From the NCBI GenBank assembly GCA_965263485.1, contig CBDHHO010000003.1, positions 26,359 to 90,358 on the forward strand: a stretch of DNA of 64,000 nucleotides. Direction: 5' to 3'. Made by a program: the position numbers and the translations under genes. Of the stretch, positions 1-10,892 are shown one piece after another. The notes beneath the pieces are model-generated. The model had not been told where the DNA came from, did no database searches, and saw only the letters and a program-made list of their open reading frames with translations. Position 1 is the stretch's first letter; every line of letters starts with the position of its first letter. The DNA is from Spirochaetia bacterium. Lineage in GTDB: Bacteria > Spirochaetota > Spirochaetia > SP-2023.

Positions 1-954
1 AGCCTGGAGAACACCTTTAAGGAATTGCCATCAAGTGAAGGAAAAAGCGGAAGGGATATCGGGTTGGAATTTCAGCGTTTGCTTTCCGAGATCGAAAAAA
101 TTAAACCGAAACGCTCCCTTGCAGAAAATCAGGAAAAACTTGTAAATGAATTAAGAGGTAAACGGCGTGCGATTTTATCTGATTTATCAGAGCAGAGAGC
201 AGCACGATCAGCCCATTTTGAAAGATCATTGAAAAAGATAAAAAAGAAACTGGAAGGACAATTAAAACTTACCGTACTACCGGAAGCAGATAGAACTCCT
301 TTAGTCAATTATCTTATTGGTTGTAACCTTGAAGGTGTTGGCGAAAAACGACTGTCATGGATAAAAGATAAGGATCAAGTGACACCGATTAGATTAGCAG
401 AACTGATAAATTCAGGATCCAAGGCATTAACTAACGCAGGTTGGGGAATAACCCAGTCAACAGCAAACTCCATGACTAAAATGACCAATCAGGAAATTCT
501 GAAAATGGAAGAACTGGAACTGCCTGATATTATTAAGATTGAACTGAATGTGGCTCACGGAGAACAGGAAAACTATCGGAGCCTTGATAAATTATCTACG
601 GGACAACAATGTACAGCTATTTTACACTTGTTGCTTTTACAGAATAAAGATCCTCTCATTATGGATCAGCCCGAAGATAATCTTGATAATGCCTTTATTG
701 CCGATAGAATTGTGACTGAACTAAGACATGAAAAGATTAACAGACAATTCCTCTTTGCAACCCATAATGCCAATATTCCGGTTTTTGGTGATGCTGAGTG
801 GATTGGAATACTGGAATCTTCCGAAAATCAGGCCTATATGTCTGAAGAAAATCAGGGAGCCATTGATGTGTCTGCAGTTTGCGATAAAACCGCAAACATT
901 CTTGAGGGTGGAAAAACAGCGTTTAATCAAAGAAAAGAGAAATACGGGTTTTAG
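1..954 (+). CDS. C-terminal part of an SMC/ABC-type ATPase (TrlF/Ppl-like, defence-island type); runs off the window start
   Basis: Signature LSTGQ, Walker B/D-loop PLIMDQPEDNLDN, H-loop FATHNANIPV, ending LEGGKTAF. Confidence 0.75.
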   Translation, partial: SLENTFKELPSSEGKSGRDIGLEFQRLLSEIEKIKPKRSLAENQEKLVNELRGKRRAILSDLSEQRAARSAHFERSLKKIKKKLEGQLKLTVLPEADRTPLVNYLIGCNLEGVGEKRLSWIKDKDQVTPIRLAELINSGSKALTNAGWGITQSTANSMTKMTNQEILKMEELELPDIIKIELNVAHGEQENYRSLDKLSTGQQCTAILHLLLLQNKDPLIMDQPEDNLDNAFIADRIVTELRHEKINRQFLFATHNANIPVFGDAEWIGILESSENQAYMSEENQGAIDVSAVCDKTANILEGGKTAFNQRKEKYGF

Positions 955-1233
955 GGCACCTCTAAAAACTCCAATTTCGCGCCAGACTCGGTCTTTTTCA
1001 CGGAGCAGCTTTGTCACGAAAGAGAGGAAGCAGGCTCTTTGCTGCGCACGGCCTGCTGGTCACCAATGCTGCGCCAGCTCACATTGGTGCCATACAGCAA
1101 AGTATGGCTCGGCTTCCGTTCCTCGCTGCCACAAAAAATCCCTTCGTCTGGCATCAAAACGCGGTACAATCGCTGCGGCAAAGCAGAGCGATTGTACAAT
1201 GCTCGCGAAGCGATACCATTTTTAGAGGCCCCC
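954..1233. mobile_element. MITE copy 1 (280 bp)
   Basis: Ends GGGCACCTCTAAAAA / TTTTTAGAGGCCCCC; TTTA on both flanks (950-953, 1234-1237). Confidence 0.85.
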
Positions 1234-1247
1234 TTTAAGGAAATATT

Positions 1248-2483
1248 ATGCTGAAATCAGAATTATTAGAGATAATCTCCAATGGGGAGAGTTCCGGAGT
1301 AGAATTTAAAAGAGATGATGTCAGGCCGGAACAGCTTGCCAAAGAAATTGTCGCCATGGTGAATTTTCAGGGAGGCCGTGTTTTTCTAGGGGTTGAAGAT
1401 GATGGAGCAATCTCCGGGCTTCAACGAGAAAACTCGGAAGAATGGGTAATGAATGTCATTCGCGATAAAGTCCACCCAGCTGTGCTTCCATACTATGAAA
1501 AAATAAAAATTGATGAAGATACCTCTGTTGCAGTAATTACATTTCCACAGGGGATTTCGAAACCCTATGTACTGCGTCATTCTGGTAGAGAAGAAATTTA
1601 TATTCGTGTTGGAACAACTTCACAGATTGCAACGCGGGAACAACAAATGCGGCTCTTTGAGCTCGGAGGCATGCTTCATACCGAATCACTACCTGTTCCC
1701 GGTACTGCTTTTGATAATCTGGATCTGGCCAGGTTAGAGAATTATCTAAAAGATATTATTAAAGATCCTACTAGGCCAAAGCTTCAGGAAGACTGGATCT
1801 CGCGGCTGTCGGGATTGGGATTTATGACAGAATCCTCAGGAGAGAACTATTGTACCATTGCCGGTCTGGTTTTATTCGGTAAATCTCCCAGAAGGTTTCT
1901 AAGACAAGCAGGTCTCCGCGTGTTTGGTTTTGACAGTGAAGACAAAGAATATAAAGCTCTATTAGATGAAATACTGGACGCTCCATTGGTTGGGCGCTGG
2001 GAGATAAAAGATTCTGAAAAAGTCTTAATTGATCCCGGAATCATTGAACAGTTTATAGATATGATTAAACCATTCATATCTGAGGAATCCGGTTCTGTTG
2101 ATAAGAATTTTCGTAGAGATTATCTTTGGTATTACCCATTGGAAGCTATAAGGGAAATTTTTATAAATGCATTGGCTCATCGGGATTGGACCCGGTTTGT
2201 TGAGATTGAAGTCGGTAGTTATTCAAACCGAATGGAAGTAATCAGTCCTGGCACTTTACCTAATTCCATGACTATCGAGAAAATGATTGCAGGTCAAAGA
2301 TCTCCAAGAAATCCCATCATAATGGAAGTTTTAAGAGATTATGGCTATGTAGATTATCGAGGTATGGGTATAAGGACCAAGGTAGTTCCATTAATGAAAG
2401 AACAGAATAATATTGATCCTCATTTTGAATCCACAGAAGACTATCTGAAAACCGTTTTTTATCGAAAAAAGATAACCGATTAG
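1248..2483 (+). CDS. AlbA_2 (Schlafen-like) plus HATPase_c_4/RecG-C domain protein
   Basis: GESSGVEFK..LAKEIVAMVNFQGG..GVEDDG; YPLEAIREIFINALAHRD; ISPG..PRNP..GMGI. Confidence 0.85.
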   Translation: MLKSELLEIISNGESSGVEFKRDDVRPEQLAKEIVAMVNFQGGRVFLGVEDDGAISGLQRENSEEWVMNVIRDKVHPAVLPYYEKIKIDEDTSVAVITFPQGISKPYVLRHSGREEIYIRVGTTSQIATREQQMRLFELGGMLHTESLPVPGTAFDNLDLARLENYLKDIIKDPTRPKLQEDWISRLSGLGFMTESSGENYCTIAGLVLFGKSPRRFLRQAGLRVFGFDSEDKEYKALLDEILDAPLVGRWEIKDSEKVLIDPGIIEQFIDMIKPFISEESGSVDKNFRRDYLWYYPLEAIREIFINALAHRDWTRFVEIEVGSYSNRMEVISPGTLPNSMTIEKMIAGQRSPRNPIIMEVLRDYGYVDYRGMGIRTKVVPLMKEQNNIDPHFESTEDYLKTVFYRKKITD

Positions 2484-2627
2484 TTTATGGGAGATTTAAA
2501 GCCATGGGCAGTGGGCCCCTTCGAAATGCTCTATCATGCAGAGACGCATTTCCTTAAAGGTGAAGATTTCGACCGAAGGATTGTTGTCTTTGCAGGAGCC
2601 TGATGAAGAAAATACGGAGGACTCCTG

Positions 2628-2822
2628 ATGGGCAATATGCGAGACGAAGCCGATGTGACTCAACTCGTTTGTCTATCCAATCTTGAAAACCTCAACGCTC
2701 TTTTTATTGCCGAAGGTTTGTCGCAACAGGAACGCTTGGAACGGCTAAACAAGATTGCTATTCATCAGATGACACTACTTGCCGGTGATGAACGGATGAA
2801 ACTATCGGGAGGGGGGAAATGA
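2628..2822 (+). pseudogene. C-terminal remnant resembling KilA-N-domain proteins
   Basis: GNMRDEA..QLVCLSNLENLNA..QERLERLNKIAIHQM; N-terminal domain absent. Confidence 0.55.
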
Positions 2823-2942
2823 AGAAAACTTATCCGCAGATTACACAGATGAACGCAGATTCTAAACCCGTCGAATTCGACCAGTTTGGAACCTTTCACC
2901 CTTCACAGTTCACCCTTCAAAATTCAAAGGAGGTGCTGGGCT

Positions 2943-3407
2943 ATGGAGAATAATTGGTCGCCAGTCAAACTTAGTGAAGTTGCATTTGTTCAATCCGGAT
3001 TTGCATTCAAGAGCAAGGACATGGGGAAAATAGGTGCTCCAATCATTAAAATTAAAAACATCAATCCACCTAACGTTGACGTTTTTGATGTTCAACGAGT
3101 GCCATATCAGATTATTAAAGCAAACAATCGTGTTTCACGTTTTGAACTATCAAAAGGCGACATCTTGATTGCTATGACAGGAGCAACACTTGGAAAAGTA
3201 GGGAGAATGCCACAGACCCAAGAAATCTGCTATCTAAATCATCGTGTTGGAAAAGTTTACCTCAACGACAAGAATCGATGTGACTACAATTTTTTGTATT
3301 ACGTTCTTTCTCAGGAAAAGAATGTAATACAAATGTTCGGGGTTGCTGATGGCAGTGCGCAGGCAAATATTAGTGAAACTCAGAAGAACTCTACGACAGC
3401 AGTTTGA
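2943..3407 (+). pseudogene. hsdS: Type I R-M specificity subunit fragment (single TRD, truncated)
   Basis: SGFAFKSK..IIKIKNI..GDILIAMTGATLGK..LNHRV..GSAQANIS, then breaks off. Confidence 0.8.
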
Positions 3408-3457
3408 GACATCTAAAGCTCTTCAAGACCAGATCGAAACTCAATTGGGGCAAGTCG

Positions 3458-4227
3458 ATGCTGATTGAACTCAAGAGTGTGTTGGATTGTGTGATTGACA
3501 ATAGAGGGAAGTCTCCACCAACAACGGAAACTGGAACACCTTTTGAGCTTCTGGAAGTTAACAGCCTCAAAGGCTCCGACAGAAACCCAAATTATGGGGC
3601 TGTTCGGAAGTATCTGACCAGAGAAACCTATGATACATGGTTTCGTGCCGGGCACCCGAGGCGCGACGACATTCTGATCTCTACTGTTGGCTCGATTGGC
3701 GAACTAGCTATTTTGGACGACGACCGGGATCAATCGCTCAGAATGTCATTGCGATGCGCCCCGACCCAAAACTCGTAAACCCTGATTTCTTGTTTTATCT
3801 TCTGTCGTCAGCGATAATCAAAAACCAGCTTGTTTCTCTAAACATCAGCTCAGTGCAACCAAGCATCAAAGTCCCTCATTTGATGGCAGTTGAATTCGAC
3901 TTGCCTAATTTACATGACCAACAGCACATAGGTAAAATTCTAAAGGTACTAGACCAGAAAATCGAACTGAACCGGCGGATGAATGAAACGCTGGAAGAAA
4001 TGGCGCGGGCGCTGTTCCGGGATTGGTTTGTCGATTTCGGCCCCACCCGCCGCCAGGCGGACGGCGCAACCGACCCCGCCGCCATCGTGGACACAAAAGC
4101 GATAGAGAAGATCGGGAATAACGAAAAAGCCCAGATCATAAATTATTTAAAAATTACAGGCCTGCGAGTAGGCCTGCTACTGAACTTTAAACACGCCAAA
4201 CTGGAATGGGAGCGAATTGTACTATGA
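3458..4227 (+). pseudogene. hsdS: Second HsdS fragment (frameshift ~3727) fused to a GxxExxY-protein C-terminus (~4084-4227)
   Basis: DNRGKSP..DILISTVGSIG..SVQPSIK..LDQKIELNRRMNETLEEMARALFRDWFVDF, then AQIINYLKITGLRVGLLLNF..LEWERIVL. Confidence 0.75.
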
Positions 4228-4282
4228 AAAATATTAGTGAAAATTCGTGTTCATTCGTGGTTACAAATAGAGAGGTTTAATC

Positions 4283-6223
4283 ATGGAAAAAATGGATGGT
4301 AAAACAATGGACATCGTAGCCGAAAACGTTGGCAAGCTGAAGGTGCTGTTTCCGGAAGCCTTCACCGAAGGCAAGGTGGACTTCTACGCCCTGAAGGAAG
4401 TGCTCGGCACGTTTGTGGACGACCGCGATGAACGCTACAGCTTTGCATGGAACGGCAAGAGCAACGCCCGGATGCTCGCCCAAACACCCAGCACCGGCAC
4501 GCTGCGCCCCTGCAAGAAAGAGTCGGTAGATTGGGACACCACGCAGAACATTTTCATTGAAGGCGACAACCTTGAGGTGCTCAAGCTCCTGCAGAAGAGC
4601 TATCACAAAAAAGTAAAGATGATCTATATCGATCCACCTTACAACACGGGCAAAGATTTTGTGTATAAGGATAATTTCACGGACAGCATACAGAATTACA
4701 AGGAGATTACCGGACAGGTAGACGGCAATGGCCGTAACCTCTCAAACAATCCCGAAACCAGTGGGCGCTATCATACCGACTGGTTGAATATGATGTATCC
4801 ACGTTTGAAGCTTGCCCGAAACCTGCTGAAGGATGATGGGGTTATTTTTATAAGTATTGATGATAATGAAGTGGCAAATCTCCGAAAAATGTGTGACGAG
4901 ATTTTTGGGGAAGAGAATTTTATTGCGGAATTGATTTGGAAAAAAAGAAGCACCCCACCAAATGATAGGGTGATTGCCGCTCAGCATGAATACATTCTAT
5001 GTTTTGTTAAAAATAGCAATCAATCAGGTTTAAACCTTCGCCCTCGGACAGAAAAACAAATCGATAGATACAAGAATCCAGATAGTCACCCCAAAGGGCC
5101 TTGGACGGCAGGTGATTTAATGGCCAATGTTAAAGGTGGAAGATATGTAGACTCCTTGTATTTCCCAATAATTAATCCACGAACAGGGAAAGAACATTAT
5201 CCTTCGTCAAATGGAAATTGGCGGTTCAATAAAGAACGAATAGAGCAACTTATAAAAAATAATGAGATTTACTTTGGAGAAGATGACAATGGCCGCCCCA
5301 AACTAAAACGTTTCCTTTGTGATGTCAAAGAAGGCATAACTTGGACTACGCTTTGGGATTTTGTTCCTTTTAATACCGCTGGCTCATCTGAAATGACAAA
5401 TATTTTTGGAAAATTAACAACCTTCGAAAATCCAAAACCTACAGAGCTAATATTTGAAACTCTTCGTGCAGGAAGTGATAAAGATTCAATTATTCTCGAT
5501 TTTTTTGCAGGTTCAGCAACCACGGCGCATGCTGTCATGCAACTAAATACAACGGATCAAGGAACTCGGAAATGTATAACAGTTCAACTCCCAGAAACAT
5601 GTGACGAAAAATCTGAAGCCAACAAAGCAGGCTACAAAACCATCGCGGAAATAAGCAAAGAACGCATCCGCCGGGCTGCCGCCAAAATCAAAGAAAACCA
5701 CGAATCAACACGAATAGACACCAATACAAAAAAAGATGATTTGTTCCAAGATAAGAATGATAATTCGTGTAAATTAGTGTCCATTAGTGGTTCCAAACTC
5801 CCCGACCTTGGCTTCAAGGTATTCAAACTCGACTCCACCAATATCAAACCATGGGAAGTTGACTTTGAAATGACGGAGCGCACCCTCGAAGACTTTATTT
5901 CCAACATCAAAACCGACCGAAGTGAAGAAGATGTCCTTTACGAGATCCTGCTTAAATATGGCCTCGACCTGACCCTGCCTATCACAGAACACAGCATTGC
6001 TGGACAAAAGGTGTTCGACATCGGCATGGGAGCACTCATTATCTGTCTTTCAGATGCCATCTCTCTCGAAGTGGTTGAAGGCATTGCCAAGCTAAAGGAT
6101 GAGCTCAATCCGGAAATCATGCGCGTGGTATTTAAGGACTCTGGGTTCAAAGATGACGTGGTCAAAACCAATGCGGTTCAGATTCTCAAACAGGCTGGCA
6201 TTGTCGATGTTAAATCAATTTAG
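4283..6223 (+). CDS. mod: Type III R-M adenine methyltransferase (Mod); no res gene follows
   Basis: IEGDNLEVLK, IYIDPPYNTG, WLNMMYPRL, ILDFFAGSATTAHA; typical Mod C-terminus. Confidence 0.92.
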   Translation: MEKMDGKTMDIVAENVGKLKVLFPEAFTEGKVDFYALKEVLGTFVDDRDERYSFAWNGKSNARMLAQTPSTGTLRPCKKESVDWDTTQNIFIEGDNLEVLKLLQKSYHKKVKMIYIDPPYNTGKDFVYKDNFTDSIQNYKEITGQVDGNGRNLSNNPETSGRYHTDWLNMMYPRLKLARNLLKDDGVIFISIDDNEVANLRKMCDEIFGEENFIAELIWKKRSTPPNDRVIAAQHEYILCFVKNSNQSGLNLRPRTEKQIDRYKNPDSHPKGPWTAGDLMANVKGGRYVDSLYFPIINPRTGKEHYPSSNGNWRFNKERIEQLIKNNEIYFGEDDNGRPKLKRFLCDVKEGITWTTLWDFVPFNTAGSSEMTNIFGKLTTFENPKPTELIFETLRAGSDKDSIILDFFAGSATTAHAVMQLNTTDQGTRKCITVQLPETCDEKSEANKAGYKTIAEISKERIRRAAAKIKENHESTRIDTNTKKDDLFQDKNDNSCKLVSISGSKLPDLGFKVFKLDSTNIKPWEVDFEMTERTLEDFISNIKTDRSEEDVLYEILLKYGLDLTLPITEHSIAGQKVFDIGMGALIICLSDAISLEVVEGIAKLKDELNPEIMRVVFKDSGFKDDVVKTNAVQILKQAGIVDVKSI

Positions 6224-6238
6224 AATGGAGAATTGAAA

Positions 6239-6310
6239 ATGGATAATTATATCAGTTCTCCAAAGCGAGAAAATATCGTCAAGGACAAGTCGTTTGCATT
6301 TGCCCTTCGG
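6239..6310 (+). pseudogene. N-terminal stub of a four-helix-bundle (IVS-type) protein
   Basis: [24 protein letters not shown] preceded by heptamers AATGGAG-AATTGAA-AATGGAT. Confidence 0.6.
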
Positions 6311-6339
6311 CCGGAGCTTTCGAAAGACTGCACTGCCAG

Positions 6340-7721
6340 CTGACGTAAACACACCCGCCGTCTTTGGTGAGTATGTCGATATTTACGACATCAGCCGCGC
6401 GGTCGAAGACAAGGCTACCGTCCCGATCTATTACGAAAGTCGCCTTGCGCGTGTGGAGCTAGAGCAAGACAAGCTGCCGGAAATCGATGCTGCCGTGGAT
6501 GCACTCTTCGATGACGAAACGCTCTCGGAGCAGGAGAAGGCCAAGTCGAGCTGGAGCAGCGTCGAGCGTCTGGTGGGTGCGCCCCCAAGGCTGGAAAAGG
6601 TCGCAGAGGACATCGTCACCCATTTTGAAGACCGCGTGGAGGCGATGGCCGGCAAGGGAATGATTGTCTGTATGAGTAGGGCAATCTGTGTTGGTCTTTA
6701 CAATAGGATCACCGCGTTGCGGCCAGACTGGCACTCAGAGGATGATAAGGCAGGTGCGGTAAAAGTGGTCATGACTGGGTCAGCGACTGACCCGCTGGAT
6801 TGGCAACAACATACCGGCAGCAAGATGCGCCGTGACCTCTTGGCCAGGCGGGCGCGTGATCCCGATGACCCGCTCAAGCTCGTGGTCGTGAGGGACATGT
6901 GGCTGACCGGCTTTGACGCGCCCAGCATGCACACGATGTACATCGACAAACCCATGCGTGGCCATGGCTTGATGCAGGCGATTGCGCGCGTGAACCGGGT
7001 CTTCAAGGACAAGCCGGGTGGGTTGGTTGTCGATTACATCGGTATCGGCCAGAACCCATATCGACCAGAGACTGTAATTTGTTCTGGTCAAGGAAGAGGT
7101 GGGCTTCTTCTCTCAGACGCCATCGCCGATGCCAGCATCATCGACGTGTTGGCTGCAGCAGGCATGAAGACGCCCGAAATCTCGGTGCTGTCCGAAGAGT
7201 TTTTGTCCGAGATACAGAATATGGAACACAAGAACCTGGCGCTGGAAGCCCTCAAGAAGCTGCTGGCGGGCGAGATCAAGGCACGGGGGCAACGGAACGT
7301 GGTGGAGGCCAAGGCCTTCTCAGAGCGCCTTGAGGCTGCTGTGGCGCGCTACCATGCCAATGCCATCACAAGCCTTGAGATGATCCAAGAACTGATCGAC
7401 ATGGCCAAGGACTTGAAAGCCTCGGTTCAGCGTGGCGATGACCTTGGCCTGGGCGAAGAAGAACTCGCTTTCTACGATGCACTGGCGCAGAACCAAAGCA
7501 CCGTTGAAATGATGGGCAACGAAGAGCTGCGCAAAATTGCGCATGTGCTGGTGGAGCAGCTCCAACAAAACGTCACCGTTGATTGGCACCTCAAGGAAAG
7601 CGCGCGTGCGAAATTGCGCGTCTTGGTACGTCGCATCCTGAAGAAGTATGGTTACCCGCCAGACCTTGCACCAGTCGCTATCAACACCGTGCTAAGTCAG
7701 GCTGAAACTTTGTTGAGATGA
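6340..7721 (+). pseudogene. hsdR: Type I restriction endonuclease R subunit, C-terminal half with internal deletion
   Basis: [32 protein letters not shown]; DUF3387-like tail LKKYGYPPD; nuclease and Walker A missing; junk at ~7055-7110. Confidence 0.85.
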
Positions 7722-7889
7722 CAGGCTTGATTGCATTGCTACACAAAGCTACTATAATAACCGCACATCGCAGGTTTTTAATGCGTTGAAATTAAACGTT
7801 TTTTGAGAAAGCTGGACAGCTCCCATCACCCGCTTCAGGAGCCGCAACTTTTTGCAGGGGCACACCGGTTGTTGACCAGTTGCAGGTGC

Positions 7890-8110
7890 TCAATCTTCCA
7901 GCGTCAGCCGGTCGCCGCGCTTTTGGTAGGCTGTCAATGATTCGAGAAATTGCTGGCCGAGTAGGCTTTGATCAAGTTTGCCGCGCCGGGCGACCATGAC
8001 GGGAACATTGCGGCGCTGGATATGGCCAAGCCGGAGTGTGTGCAGGCGGGTGCGGGCGGAACGACCGGTGCCATTGGCTTCGAAGTGGCCATTGGGTGCG
8101 CGGTATGGTA
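7890..8110 (-). pseudogene. Fragment of a clan AA (retropepsin-like) aspartic protease
   Basis: Frame absent from the ORF track: YRAPNGHFEANGTGRSARTRL..NVPVMV..DQSLLGQQFL..GDRLTLED*; catalytic DTGA segment deleted. Confidence 0.6.
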
Positions 8111-8336
8111 TTCCGGAGCTGATACTGCCTTTGAAGATGGCCTTCGGTACACCTTGAATTTCTGCCCTTCGTTCCTCAAGGGTTCCTCAAAGCGAAATTC
8201 TGCGGCACTCAGGCAGCGTAGTTGTAGAGGGGGCACGCAAAATGAAAAAGACGGTGAAATTTTCAAAATTCTACTGGACTTTGGGTGTCATTCATGTTAT
8301 AATCGTGACACCAAATCAGTGAGGCATTTGAATCAA

Positions 8337-8460
8337 GGGCACCTCTAAAAATGGTATCGCGGTTTGATGGCTCCAATGCGAGCTGGCGCAGCATTGGAGA
8401 AATGGGGAGGGCCGTGCGCAGCCAGGCCCGACCTTCCTCTCTGCGAGCTGGCGCAGCATT
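8337..8460. mobile_element. MITE, truncated (one end only)
   Basis: GGGCACCTCTAAAAATGGTATCGC plus GCGAGCTGGCGCAGCAT module as at 25898. Confidence 0.8.
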
Positions 8461-8469
8461 ACAGGCATA

Positions 8470-8612
8470 ATGCGCAACATTTTGGCGGATCCGCACATTC
8501 TGGGCGTCAATTCCGGTGCCTCCTCGGGTGCGGCCTTCGCCATCCTGGTATTTGGTGGTTCGAGTGGCGGGCTGTTCGTACTCTCGGGCTTTTCCTTTCT
8601 CGGAGCGTTGCT
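8470..8612 (+). pseudogene. FecCD-family iron-chelate permease fragment
   Basis: RNILADPHILGVNSGASSGAAFAI. Confidence 0.65.
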
Positions 8613-8687
8613 GAACCTGAAGAAGATGCCTGAACAGCCTTTATCTTCGCCTATTTATCCAAATCTGGAAGTCAAAGGAGGCAAACC

Positions 8688-10212
8688 ATGTCCATTTGGA
8701 AGCGGGTTGCTATTTCATCCGCACTGCTAATTTCAATGGCATCGCCAACTTTGGCCCAGGACGACGGCCTGTCGATTGCTGTCCCCTGGGGCCCCAGCGC
8801 CGAAGTGCCGGATCCAAGAGCCGGATATAACGGATGGTTGTCGAATCAAACCGGTGTTACCGAAACGCTGATGGGTATCGACCATGATCTCAATCTCTAT
8901 CCAAGGGTGGCGGAAAAGATCGAACAGGCCGGGCCAACCACCTGGCGAGTGACTCTCAAAGAGGGTGTGAAGTTTCATGATGGCTCACCTGTGACTGCAG
9001 AATCAGTCGTCAAGGCAATCTCGGCCATTTCCCAGGAAGGAAACGCCGGGCACAACAAACGAGTTGCGAAACTGCTTGATCTCAAAGGTATGACTGCCGA
9101 TGGCGACAAGGTCATAGTTTTTGAGACCAATAGCCCCAACGCGGCCTTTCCATGGACGCTGTCTGAACCAGCGATTGCTGTACTCGGCTCCGCTTCAGAA
9201 AAATTCCCGATTAACGCGACCGGGCCATACATCTTCCGTGAAGCGGTCCCGAAGCAGCTGTATCGCGCAGAGGCAAACGCAGATTATCGTCTTGGAACAC
9301 CGGGCCTGAAAGAGGTGCGTGTGGTTGTCTCCGGCAATCCGGCAACCGCCGCGCTCGCGTTTGAGGCAGGTGAAGTGGATATGGTAATCAACTATCCCGA
9401 AGCGGATTTCAAACGCATTCAGCAAACCGGCGCCAAAGGTTATTCAGCACCAACAGCCCGGCTTTATTTCTATACGGTCAATGCCGCCAGCGGACCGTTG
9501 TCAAATCCACTCATCCGCCGCGCCGTATCGCTGGCCATTGATCGACAGGGCATTGTTGATGCTGTTCTTTCCGGTGTGGGCGGCGTTCCCGCAGGAACAA
9601 TCTATCCTGAGGGCAAAGGATGGGCTGCGGACATTCCTGCAACTTATGATCCCGCCAAAGCCGAAGCATTGCTCGCAGAAGCCGGAGCCACCAAAGAAGG
9701 TCGCGCGTGGATGCTGGACAGCAAACCGTTGGAGATCGACATTGTCACTTATTCCTCCCGTGCCGCATTGCCGCCGACAGCAGAATTAACACAGGCATTT
9801 TTGCAAGCTATTGGCATCCAGGCGACTGTCCGGGTTGGTGAATATGGTGCAAGCAATGATGCCATTGTTGCCGGTGAGGCAGACCTGTTCCTGCAAGCAT
9901 GGGTGACATTGCCTCAGGGGGGACCCGGGCGGCGTACTGGAAACCCTGCTGAAATCGGATGGCGGTTCGAACTCCGGCAAATACAAAAATGCCGAGCTTG
10001 ATCAATTGCTGGGGAAAGGGCGTACAACATTTGACCAGAAACAGCGCAAAGCGATCTACGACAAAGTGCAGGAGATTATTGCCTCGGAAGCAGCTTTGAT
10101 CCCGGTATTCCATGTCGCTCAAGTCAATGTGGCGAAAGAAGGATTGACCGGATATGCGGTGCATCCCGCAGAAAGCTACTGGATCACCCACGAGACTAGG
10201 TTTGGCAAATGA
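8688..10212 (+). pseudogene. Ni/peptide ABC substrate-binding protein (family 5), split by a +1 frameshift in G6 at 9917-9922
   Basis: Signal peptide, LKEGVKFHDG, GTGPY-like NATGPY, IRRAVSLAIDR; removing one G joins ORFs 8688 and 10006. Confidence 0.85.
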
Positions 10213-10892
10213 CACTTTCTGTTTCCGGTTTGAGCGTTATGCGCTCGGGCCGGAAGATTCTTCAACCAACATCGCTGGATATCGAACCTGGACAGAGGGT
10301 CGGACTCATCGGAGCCTCCGGCTCCGGCAAGTCAACGTTGGGCCATGCGTTAATCGATGACTTGCGCCTTCAGGGGCAAAGCGTTGCCCATGTTCCGCAG
10401 AGCCCTGATGAGGCGTTGGATCCCCTTCGAACCATGGCCTTCCACTGGCGCGAGGCAGAGCGCGCACTTGGTCTGAACAAAGACGAAAAGCGCCAAAATG
10501 CGCTGTTTCAGGCATTGCACCTGGCTGAAGGCGGCACGGGCAGGCGACCCTGGGGGTGGAGCCGCGGCATGCAGCAGCGTTTTGTGATTGCCATGGCATT
10601 GATAGGATTGCCCGACCTGCTTGTTCTGGACGAGCCTACATCCGCTCTCGACCCGATTGTTGCGGTCAAGACGATGAAACTGCTGGACGACTACCTTTCC
10701 AGCCGTTCAACGGCAATGCTTCTTATCACTCACGATCTGGGACTGGCATCGCGCCATGTTGATCGGTTATTGGTTATGCGTGAGGGCCGCATTGTGGAAG
10801 ACGCACCGACAGATCTCTTGCTAAAGTCACCTGCAACCGATGCAGCGCAGGCTCTTTCGGCAAACCGAAGCTGGTTGCGCATCGCATGCTGA
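10209..10892 (+). CDS. Peptide/nickel ABC ATP-binding subunit
   Basis: GASGSGKST, WSRGMQQR, LDEPTSALD, ITHDL. Confidence 0.9.
   Translation: MTLSVSGLSVMRSGRKILQPTSLDIEPGQRVGLIGASGSGKSTLGHALIDDLRLQGQSVAHVPQSPDEALDPLRTMAFHWREAERALGLNKDEKRQNALFQALHLAEGGTGRRPWGWSRGMQQRFVIAMALIGLPDLLVLDEPTSALDPIVAVKTMKLLDDYLSSRSTAMLLITHDLGLASRHVDRLLVMREGRIVEDAPTDLLLKSPATDAAQALSANRSWLRIAC

Noticed and set aside
728-1254. ORFs of 61-165 aa over the MITE (likewise 8263-8633, 25872-26370, 33956-34243, 39243-39553)
   Set aside because: Translations of repeat sequence (recurring LEVPL, MLRQLA), no RBS, open in several frames
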